Source: Candidatus Poribacteria bacterium
GTDB taxonomy: Bacteria > Poribacteria > WGA-4E > WGA-3G
NCBI GenBank assembly: GCA_965205025.1
Contig: CBDBFU010000026.1
Location: 1-64,000, forward strand
Reading direction: 5' to 3'
DNA: 64,000 nucleotides
In this document: positions 41,943 to 50,329 of the stretch, in pieces
Layout: each line of letters starts with the position of its first letter
How positions within the stretch are numbered: position 1 is the first letter of the stretch
Made by a program: the position numbers and the translations under genes
Notes under the pieces: generated by a model
Database searches by the model: none
The model's input: the letters and a program-made list of their open reading frames with translations, nothing else
What the model was told of the DNA's origin: nothing

Positions 41943-43397
41943 TATAGGCGTCAATTTTAGAAAAAGGATGTCTGATTTTTCAATAATAATTATTGTTAAG
42001 TGAAAACACCTCCTATATAATGTATAAAAATATTACCTTTTACTTTATACAAGAGGTGTTTCCAATGAATACATTATCACAGGTTCCTGAAAAAATGCAA
42101 CAGATTCTAACAACCATTGCTGATGAAGCAGCCCTTGAAACAGGATTTTGCAAAAGAAATCGAAAACTTGCGGGGAGTCATTTTGCTCAGACACTTATTT
42201 ATAGTTGGTTAGAAAATCCTGATGCCACCTATACTCAACTTACACATACTGCTGCTTCTCTCGGTACTCCAATCTCACGACAAGCGATTGAACAACGATT
42301 TACTGCTGAAGCTGCACAAACCCTCAAAGCAATCCTTGACGCGGCTGCGTCCGAAGTGATTTCTGCGGATCCACAAGTTCTCCCACTCCTTGAACAGTTC
42401 AACGGTATCTATATACAAGATAGTTCTTGGATAACACTCCCTGATACGCTTCACGATATTTGGGAAGGTGCCAGTAAAAAGGATTATCCGAACAAATCCG
42501 AACTGAAACTCCATCTACGCTTCGATGTTGCTACAGGGACATTCGAACACTTTCAACTCACCAACGGCATCACCGCTGATAGCACTGTAGAAAAACAGAT
42601 TGACCGGCTCCCCCAAGGGAGTTTACGCCTTGCGGATCTCGGTTATTTTTCGCTACAAACCCTTCAAGAACTTACGGACGAAGGGGTCTTTTGGATTTCA
42701 CGGTATAAAGTTAGGTGTTCGGTTTTTGACAATACAGGAAAGCCTCTTTGTTTACATAAATGGCTCAAGTTTCAGACCGAAAACATTATCGAAACAGATA
42801 TTTTCATAGGTTCAAAAAAGCGGATGAAAGTAAGATTAGTAGCTCAGAGACTCTCCGAAGAAGAAACCGAAAAACGACGACGAGATATCAACTATCGTGC
42901 TAAACGAAAGCATACACAAGCATCACAGGCACGACTCCAACTCGCAGGTTGGAATATCTACATTACAAATATTGGAACGGATCAACTCACCGCTGAACAG
43001 ATATGTGTCATTGCGCGGATTCGATGGCAGATCGAGTTGATATTTAAGTGCTTTAAAAGCCTTGGAAAAGTAGACACATCACGAAGTAAAAAACCGTATC
43101 GTATTCTATGTGAAATATATGCTAAACTGATCGCTGCAATCATTCGGCATTGGGTGATGTTGGTCATAGGATGGCGATGTTTACGGCATAGTTTATCGAA
43201 AACAGTAGAGCTTATTACGTCCTACACACGCACAATCACAATAAGCTTTCGCAAGTCAAAGAGACATCTTAGAGAGACATTTGATGAGATAAAACAAGTA
43301 TTCGAAAACGGGTGCTACATTGAAAGAAGAGCTAATAGAAAAACAACATTGGAATATCTTGAAAATGCTACAAAAAACCGCTAAATTGACGCCTATG
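41943..43397 (+). mobile_element. IS4-family insertion sequence flanked by 20-bp direct repeats
   Basis: TIRs TATAGGCGTCAATTTTAG / CTAAATTGACGCCTATG; GTGCGGTTAGGAAACCGCAC at 41923-41942 and 43398-43417. Confidence 0.9.
42065..43384 (+). CDS. IS4-family DDE transposase
   Basis: IQDSS, LADLGYF, YITN, RIRWQIELIFK (YREK-like). ATG 42065 follows GAGGTG. Confidence 0.92.
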   Translation: MNTLSQVPEKMQQILTTIADEAALETGFCKRNRKLAGSHFAQTLIYSWLENPDATYTQLTHTAASLGTPISRQAIEQRFTAEAAQTLKAILDAAASEVISADPQVLPLLEQFNGIYIQDSSWITLPDTLHDIWEGASKKDYPNKSELKLHLRFDVATGTFEHFQLTNGITADSTVEKQIDRLPQGSLRLADLGYFSLQTLQELTDEGVFWISRYKVRCSVFDNTGKPLCLHKWLKFQTENIIETDIFIGSKKRMKVRLVAQRLSEEETEKRRRDINYRAKRKHTQASQARLQLAGWNIYITNIGTDQLTAEQICVIARIRWQIELIFKCFKSLGKVDTSRSKKPYRILCEIYAKLIAAIIRHWVMLVIGWRCLRHSLSKTVELITSYTRTITISFRKSKRHLRETFDEIKQVFENGCYIERRANRKTTLEYLENATKNR

Positions 43398-43786
43398 GTG
43401 CGGTTAGGAAACCGCACCTACCGGGTTTGGGAAAAAAAGAATTACCGAACTATTTACTTAATCTTCATAAAGTTTGTGGTACAAAAAAGAGACATTTTCA
43501 ATTAGAATGGTATTACATCATCAACGAGAGGGAATATACAATTGAATTCATATATTAATATTACGAATTCCATCGAAATAGGACCAATATGCTGTAGAAT
43601 TAAGTATTCTGATAGATTGGACACATGCAATTTCCAGTGAACTTCAATACCAATGCTGATTGAATAATTACTTTAGTATGTCATACGGATGGGATGTGAT
43701 TTTTAAAATGAAGAGGGATTAGAAGATAGTTGGATATGAAGGTGGTATCAAAATGAAGTGTGACATATCTTTCGGTAAGTTGTCAA

Positions 43787-44509
43787 CTAATAATTGAGTT
43801 TTTGTTGATGAAGATATTCCGCTAGTTCAGTGTCGGATGGGTCACGTTTGTAGGCTTCTTGCAAGTAATTAAGTGCCCTTTCAGTCAATCCGATTTTAAC
43901 ATAGAATGAACCTATATTACGATATGGTGCTGCATAGGTAGATTTTAATTCTATCGCCTGAAGATATAAGGTCTTTGCTTGTTCTAAGTGATCCTTTGTT
44001 GATCCAATTAGGATATTAAGGGTAATTTTCTTATTTCCTCGGTAGGGATAAATGGAAGCTCCATTGTCTTTAGCATTATTCTCCACAGCTTTTGCTATTT
44101 CTGCGGATTCTGTTTCCACGACAATATAACCTGATTCAACATGTTTATAGGCACGGTTGAGTTCTGCCAATACCTCTGTTACAGATCCATCTGAATGGAT
44201 GACTGGCCACGAGGGCCATTCGGGTCCTGCGAATTTTAGTCCAAGATCGTAATGAACTGCGGCAAGATCGTTGCATACCTCAGCATTTTCAGGGCGTAAA
44301 TTAAATGCCTGCTCGTAAAGTTCTATAGCTTGAGTATAATCTTGTGCATTGTAAGCATTTGCGGCGTCAACTCTGATGAGACTGAAATCCGCACTCTCTT
44401 CGGTCGTATCAAGAGTGTATTCGGTATTCTTACCTACAAAAGCATATATAATGATAATTAGGACTATGGATAAGCAGACGATGATGATTGTTGGAAGTTG
44501 CAATTTCAT
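43787..44509 (-). CDS. Membrane-anchored TPR protein
   Basis: N-terminal TM; AIELYEQAFNLRP, PYRNIG…ALNYLQEAYKRDP. Confidence 0.85.
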   Translation of the reverse strand: MKLQLPTIIIVCLSIVLIIIIYAFVGKNTEYTLDTTEESADFSLIRVDAANAYNAQDYTQAIELYEQAFNLRPENAEVCNDLAAVHYDLGLKFAGPEWPSWPVIHSDGSVTEVLAELNRAYKHVESGYIVVETESAEIAKAVENNAKDNGASIYPYRGNKKITLNILIGSTKDHLEQAKTLYLQAIELKSTYAAPYRNIGSFYVKIGLTERALNYLQEAYKRDPSDTELAEYLHQQKLNY

Positions 44510-44576
44510 GTCATTCTCCGTTATCTAAGCAATTATTCAAAGAGTTTATTAGTATGCATCGCTTCTGTAACAACAC

Positions 44577-46052
44577 TTATCTCCATCGATTGTTTCTATT
44601 AAAAGTAACAAATATATAGTCTGACTTACCGTTTCGATCATAATAGAGTTGTATTCTACTGGGTTCTTGTATTTTTTCGTCAATGATTTTAAATACCTCA
44701 AGAGTATGAATGGCTATATCATTGATCTGATAAATAATATCTCCTTTTTTCAAAGGTCCTGCGAGTTCACTTCCCCTTTCAAAATCACTAATAATGACAC
44801 CGTGATGGTTTAATTTCCGTGCTTTCGCCTTATCCGGTTGAGTGAGTGTCAAGCCCCATCTTGAAGGGGAGTATTCCCATTCCAATTTTTTTAGATTCAA
44901 GGTTGTATTTTTTATATTTCCTCGTCGAATGAATTCTAATTTGATTGGTTCATTAAGTGGAAGCAAGCGAACAACGGCTTTAAAATCGGTATCATCTTTT
45001 ACTCTATGTCCAGAAACAGACCAAATAATATCACTGCGCTTAATACCAGCATTTGCTAACGGACTATCTTTTTCAAGATCTGATACCAAGACACCCCTTG
45101 AAAGCACAGAATTTTGGGCAACTCTCTTGCCTAATAACTTGACTGCCATATCTTCTGTTACTGATTGTACTGAAACACCTAAATATGGTGGAATAATACA
45201 TCCATGGTTAGTAATCTTCTGAATAACCTTTCTCGCTTTGTTGGCTGGAATAGCAAATCCAACACCTTGCGAACCACCACTTGTTGAACGGATGACGGTA
45301 TTAATACCTATAAGTTCACCATATACATTAACCAATGCGCCGCCACTATTTCCAGGATTAACAGACGCATCAGTCTGGATTAATGTTTCATAGAAGCGAT
45401 TATCCACTGTCATAGACCGTTGTGTGGCACTTATAATTCCGATTGTAACGGTAGGTTGTGCAGTTCCTATAGATAATCCAAATGGATTCCCTATTGCCAG
45501 TGCCCATTCACCGATTAACAAATTATCGGAATCACCCCATTTGATTACCGGTAAATCTTCTCTTGTATTGACTTTGAGCAGTGCTAAATCAGATAAGAAG
45601 TCGTATCCGATTATCTGCGCATCAAATTCTCTACCATCAACGAATGCGACTCTGACTCTTTCAGCGTTATCAATTACATGGTGATTTGTCAGTATATAAC
45701 CTTCTTTGTTTATAATTACACCTGAACCCACTTCTCGTAATGATCGCTTCGGAAAAGGTAGAGAGTCACCATAAAACCATTGTTCGAAAGCGGTGATTTG
45801 TGTGACACTTCTAATTGCGCTGATATTGACAACGGCAGGACTTGCCTGTTCAACAGCTGTTACAATTGCTGTTCGTCTTGATTGTGTCACAGCATCTTGT
45901 ATTTTTTGCTGTGCCTGCAAATCAACCGAAGGAATACCGCGGATATAAGTAATTATCCCAATTAGGATAAAACTCAATAATAAATACTTATAGTATCCAG
46001 ATTTCTTAATTAATCTCGTCATTACGCTATATTTAGATGATGGTTTTACCAT
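44577..46052 (-). CDS. HtrA/DegP-family serine protease with PDZ domains
   Basis: GSGVII, LTNHHV, DLALLK, IQTDASVNPGNSGG, two PDZ-like domains. Confidence 0.93.
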   Translation of the reverse strand: MVKPSSKYSVMTRLIKKSGYYKYLLLSFILIGIITYIRGIPSVDLQAQQKIQDAVTQSRRTAIVTAVEQASPAVVNISAIRSVTQITAFEQWFYGDSLPFPKRSLREVGSGVIINKEGYILTNHHVIDNAERVRVAFVDGREFDAQIIGYDFLSDLALLKVNTREDLPVIKWGDSDNLLIGEWALAIGNPFGLSIGTAQPTVTIGIISATQRSMTVDNRFYETLIQTDASVNPGNSGGALVNVYGELIGINTVIRSTSGGSQGVGFAIPANKARKVIQKITNHGCIIPPYLGVSVQSVTEDMAVKLLGKRVAQNSVLSRGVLVSDLEKDSPLANAGIKRSDIIWSVSGHRVKDDTDFKAVVRLLPLNEPIKLEFIRRGNIKNTTLNLKKLEWEYSPSRWGLTLTQPDKAKARKLNHHGVIISDFERGSELAGPLKKGDIIYQINDIAIHTLEVFKIIDEKIQEPSRIQLYYDRNGKSDYIFVTFNRNNRWR

Positions 46053-46110
46053 AATAATACCCGAATATCATAAGTTAATAGTCTGTCAAGGAATTAATAT
46101 ACAAAGAATA

Positions 46111-47487
46111 TCATGCTTTTAATTTAAGTGAAATACGGTATCCTTCCAAACCTGGGTCGGTATCAACAATTTTTTGTACATCCTTATTTGATCTTCGTTT
46201 GGCAGGAAAATCGTCTTCATTTGCACATCTGAGTGCAATTCTTGCCCCAACAGAACTTGCAAGTCGTAGGTTTTCTAAAGCTACTTTTTCCAGTGTATCA
46301 TATGCTGTATGTCCAAATCCTCGTCCGGAGGGGGCAGATGTTGGATCACCCATATGACAGGAGGGTATACCCATTAAGAAAAACGGAAAATGGTCAGAGT
46401 AAGAATGTACTTTTTGACCGACTGGCATTTCTGCATGCATCTGTTTCTGTGCTGTAAGAAAGAAAGGTTCCAAAGAATCCCAATTATGTAATACAATTCC
46501 TTTTCGACTGGTTCCACCTGCCGCATCCATATTTAACATAAAACGGATATTATCTAATTCACTCTCATGTGCTTCAACATACTGAAATGCTCCGGTGAGT
46601 CCAATTTCTTCTGTTCCAAAAGCTATAAAACGAACAGTTCGTTTTAGTATATCCTGCGTGTACGTGGATAAGACACGTGCAGCTTCTATGACAGACACCA
46701 TCCCAGAGGCAGGATCATGTGCCCCTTGTGAAATGTCGTGTCCATCGTAATGACATCCAACAAGGATCATTTCTTCAGGTTTTTCCTTCCCAGGTAAGTC
46801 AGCGACGACATTCCAGGATGTTCTCGGTTCATTAATATCGGTAGTATTCAATTGCATTATAACCTTTCCGTACCGATCAAGACACCGTGTAAGGAAATCT
46901 CCATCTTCTTTACAAACTGAGATTCCTGGAATAGGAGCACGTTGATTATTTTGTAGACTCCCTGTTTCTGGACCAACGCCAGGATGTTCGCTCACAAAGA
47001 TGAATGCTGATGCGCCTGCCAGAACAGCACGTTCATACTTTTCTTTTCGATGTACCCATCTACCAAGGTCAATCGGAGAGGAACTCTTTGCCATTACCAG
47101 TTTTCCATTGCCTGTATTTGCAAGCTCAGTATATTCTGGTGGACTTCCTTGTCCTACAGAAACCAGTTCAGCTGTAATATCAGCTGCAGGACAGTAGGGT
47201 AAGGATATGCAATGTAAATTACGATTGATTGGCTCGATTATTGAGAGAGTTGCTGTACCACGTGTCCATCCAGCATACGGATATTCTTCTAATTCAACAT
47301 TCTTAAGACCATACCGATAAAAAGAGTCAGAAATAAAGGAGGCTGCTTTATGTTCTTCCGGAGTTCCTGCAAAACGTGACCCGAAATCATCGCATAAGAC
47401 AGTTAGGTTATCTAGTACCTCCCTATTTGTATAAATGTCCCCGACAATTTGCCGATCTATTGATAAATAAGGGTTTCTCTGTTTCAT
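46111..47487 (-). CDS. M28 family metallopeptidase with PA domain
   Basis: SRFAGT, GCHYD, GAHDPASG, GTEEIGL.G, LNMD, SDHFPF, HTAYD. Confidence 0.88.
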   Translation of the reverse strand: MKQRNPYLSIDRQIVGDIYTNREVLDNLTVLCDDFGSRFAGTPEEHKAASFISDSFYRYGLKNVELEEYPYAGWTRGTATLSIIEPINRNLHCISLPYCPAADITAELVSVGQGSPPEYTELANTGNGKLVMAKSSSPIDLGRWVHRKEKYERAVLAGASAFIFVSEHPGVGPETGSLQNNQRAPIPGISVCKEDGDFLTRCLDRYGKVIMQLNTTDINEPRTSWNVVADLPGKEKPEEMILVGCHYDGHDISQGAHDPASGMVSVIEAARVLSTYTQDILKRTVRFIAFGTEEIGLTGAFQYVEAHESELDNIRFMLNMDAAGGTSRKGIVLHNWDSLEPFFLTAQKQMHAEMPVGQKVHSYSDHFPFFLMGIPSCHMGDPTSAPSGRGFGHTAYDTLEKVALENLRLASSVGARIALRCANEDDFPAKRRSNKDVQKIVDTDPGLEGYRISLKLKA

Positions 47488-47531
47488 ATAATCAACATTT
47501 CTTTCATTAGTGTTACAATTATCATAAGATA

Positions 47532-48485
47532 CTATTTAGTAGACTCAACGGAGTTAGATTGTATGCTGTTGTTTTCTTGAGGATTGATAATGCTTTGAAA
47601 ATTCAATTCCTCAGATGGTGTTGAGTCTATAGACGGAGTGGTTAAGATTTTAGACTGTGAATCAGCTGTTTTTTTTAATTTCCAAAGATCCTGAATCTGA
47701 ATCTTTCCCCAACTCATAATTATGATATTATGCTGTTTAAATGTATTCAATAATTTTTCGGTTGTTTCGATAGAACATCCGATTAATTTTGATATGCGTT
47801 TTGTAGATAGACGTGGTACACGAATGATTCCATTTATTTCCTGTGGAGTCGCAAGATATTGTAATAGAAAAGCTAAACGAGAGGATTCAGATCGAAAGGA
47901 TAAATTAGATAGTGGACTATTCTGTCTAATATCAGGCACTGAATTTCGTTTCAAGATGTTGTCTGCCTGCTGTGTTGATCTTTTACCTGAAAACAATGAA
48001 AGAGTTATGGATAGTAAAATAAGGATTTTTCTATAGAATTTAGGCCTTGAATCTAAAACTAAATGTGGTTTTCGCTTTAGGAAAAACAGAAAGTCTCGAA
48101 TAGAGATGATACCTACACAAACTTCAGTTAAAGTCCCTATAGATATTAGCGGGTTAATGTCTTCATTTTCATCAGTATTAATCCCAATTATCTCTCCTTT
48201 TTCTAATACTTCTATTGTTGATGGTTCAATAGAAGTATTTTCATTAGAATCAGATTGATTAGTCCTATTTAAGTCCTTCTTTGAATCATTCTCTTTCGTT
48301 TTTTCCGATACCTTTATGCGTCCCTCTTTAATTATATACACACCTTCATCGGATAATTGTTCTTCATGTTTTAGTTGTCTGTATGTTGTTATCTTTTCCA
48401 GTGCTTGTGCATCATCCTCGGATAGATCTCTAAACATATCAATATGTTTGATATACCAGTAATATTGGTCAATGAGATCTAACAT
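47532..48485 (-). CDS. Crp/Fnr-family regulator (divergent cNMP domain plus HTH)
   Basis: MFRDLS, VYIIKEGRIKV, LEKGEIIG; C-terminal SRLAFLL…ISKLIGCSIET…GKIQIQD. Confidence 0.75.
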   Translation of the reverse strand: MLDLIDQYYWYIKHIDMFRDLSEDDAQALEKITTYRQLKHEEQLSDEGVYIIKEGRIKVSEKTKENDSKKDLNRTNQSDSNENTSIEPSTIEVLEKGEIIGINTDENEDINPLISIGTLTEVCVGIISIRDFLFFLKRKPHLVLDSRPKFYRKILILLSITLSLFSGKRSTQQADNILKRNSVPDIRQNSPLSNLSFRSESSRLAFLLQYLATPQEINGIIRVPRLSTKRISKLIGCSIETTEKLLNTFKQHNIIIMSWGKIQIQDLWKLKKTADSQSKILTTPSIDSTPSEELNFQSIINPQENNSIQSNSVESTK

Positions 48486-48542
48486 GTTCTATCCATCTAC
48501 TTGTTCTGATGATTGAGGAAAACGATAAACCTGTTCAAGAAC

Positions 48543-49217
48543 TCAACGGAGTATACCCCAACGAAAGATTGTTGTAAGTATTTTTACACCTGCTCGGACA
48601 CTTCCGATAAGTGTGCCACTAATCTTAGATGTTCCTATACGTTTTCTATAACTCACTGGGATTTCTTTTACCCGTACCCCCGTTTTGGCTGCCTTTAGCT
48701 GCATTTCTACTGTCCATCCGTATGTCTGATCTTGCATATCTAATGCGGTGAGTTGAGTTTGTCGAATTGCTCGGAACGGACCGAGGTCGGTATATTTAAC
48801 TCCATAAAAGGATTTTATTAGGAATGTAGCAAGTTTGTTTCCAAATCGTGCTTGTGGTAGTATTGCCCCTTTTTCGGATGGTTTTCGTGTTCCTATAACA
48901 AAATCCGCTCGGTCTTCTTGAATGGGTTGTATTAGTGATAACAATTCTGTTGGGTCATCACTATAATCCCCATCTATGAAAACAATGATATCCGCACTCT
49001 TAACCGCAGCAACACCCGCCAGACAGGCACTTCCATATCCTTTTCGTGGTTCAGAAATGACCTTCGCTCCGTGATTCCGTGCTATTTCCACGGTGTTATC
49101 AGTACATCCGTTGTCAACGACAATAATTTCCTGAACCACTCCCTTCGGTATGTCGTTGATTACTTTACCGATTGCCTCTTCTTCATTAAGGACAGGAATG
49201 ATAACTGAAACTTTCAT
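48543..49217 (-). CDS. Glycosyltransferase family 2 (DPM1-like)
   Basis: VSVIIPVLNEE, VVDNGCTD, GYGSA, FIDGD, TDLGPFRAI, RIGTSK. Confidence 0.92.
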   Translation of the reverse strand: MKVSVIIPVLNEEEAIGKVINDIPKGVVQEIIVVDNGCTDNTVEIARNHGAKVISEPRKGYGSACLAGVAAVKSADIIVFIDGDYSDDPTELLSLIQPIQEDRADFVIGTRKPSEKGAILPQARFGNKLATFLIKSFYGVKYTDLGPFRAIRQTQLTALDMQDQTYGWTVEMQLKAAKTGVRVKEIPVSYRKRIGTSKISGTLIGSVRAGVKILTTIFRWGILR

Positions 49218-49248
49218 TAGGATACGAGTATTTAGGTTAGCAACCGTA

Positions 49249-50256
49249 TTACATTTTTACGGCTGGTTCTTGGACTGTTTCAAGAAGTTGTTCTATTACA
49301 GCATCCGTATCTATACCTTCTGCTTCAGCATGGAAGTTTGTTAAAACTCTATGGCGTAGTACAGATGAAGCAACAGATTTTACATCTTCACAGGATGCAT
49401 TGTATCGTCCTTTTAAAATGGCTCTTGCCTTAGCACCCAAAATTAGATATTGTCCTGCCCTGGGACCAGCACCCCATCGTACCCATTGTTGGATGAATTC
49501 TGGAGCATCTTTCTCTTTTGGTCGCGTTGCACGGGCAAGTTTTACGGCATATTGAACTACGTTATCTGCAGCTGGTACTCGACGAACGATCTGATGTAGA
49601 GAAACAATGGCTTCCCCGGAAAGAGCTGTTTCAAGTTCCGGTTCCTCTGCCCCTGTTGTAGTGGTTACAATATTAACCTCTTCCTCTTCTTCAGGATAAT
49701 CTATTACAATTTTAAACATAAACCTGTCAAGTTGTGCTTCAGGTAACGGATATGTGCCTTCCTGCTCAATAGGGTTCTGTGTTGCCAGTACAAAGAAAGG
49801 TTCAGGAAGTTGGTACTCTATACCACCAGCAGTAACATGATGTTCCTGCATCGCTTCTAATAAAGCAGCTTGGGTTTTTGGGGGTGTTCTATTTATTTCA
49901 TCTGCGAGGAGGATATTCCCGAATATCGGTCCTTGAATAAACCGAATGGATCTATGTCCGGTAGTACGATCTTCTTCAAGTACATCAGTTCCAATTATAT
50001 CTGCTGGCATTAAGTCCGGGGTAAATTGAATCCGCTTAAATGTAAGATTTAGGATTTGAGCGAGCGTTTTAATCATCAAAGTTTTCGCTAATCCAGGTAC
50101 ACCTTCAACGAGGCAATGCCCTCCCGCGAAGAGTGCCATCAACATTTGATTGATAACTTCTTCTTGACCAATAATAACCTTTTTTAGTTGTCCAACGATT
50201 AATTCTTGGCTTTCCATTAACTCTTCAATCGCTTTAACTTCATCAGTTGCTGCCAT
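49249..50256 (-). CDS. moxR: MoxR family AAA+ ATPase
   Basis: [49 protein letters not shown]. Confidence 0.95.
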   Translation of the reverse strand: MAATDEVKAIEELMESQELIVGQLKKVIIGQEEVINQMLMALFAGGHCLVEGVPGLAKTLMIKTLAQILNLTFKRIQFTPDLMPADIIGTDVLEEDRTTGHRSIRFIQGPIFGNILLADEINRTPPKTQAALLEAMQEHHVTAGGIEYQLPEPFFVLATQNPIEQEGTYPLPEAQLDRFMFKIVIDYPEEEEEVNIVTTTTGAEEPELETALSGEAIVSLHQIVRRVPAADNVVQYAVKLARATRPKEKDAPEFIQQWVRWGAGPRAGQYLILGAKARAILKGRYNASCEDVKSVASSVLRHRVLTNFHAEAEGIDTDAVIEQLLETVQEPAVKM

Positions 50257-50329
50257 CTATTAACTCCTTGTATGTATAAAATAGTCATAAATCATTTGAT
50301 AAATATCTTATAGGATTACATCTAAATTA

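Larger units (their letters stand above)
41810..43512. mobile_element. MITE (TTA duplication) disrupted by IS4 insertion
   Basis: TTA|TACTATTTCTA…TAGAATGGTA|TTA; additional imperfect inverted repeat 41870-41909 vs 43435-43476. Confidence 0.65.
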
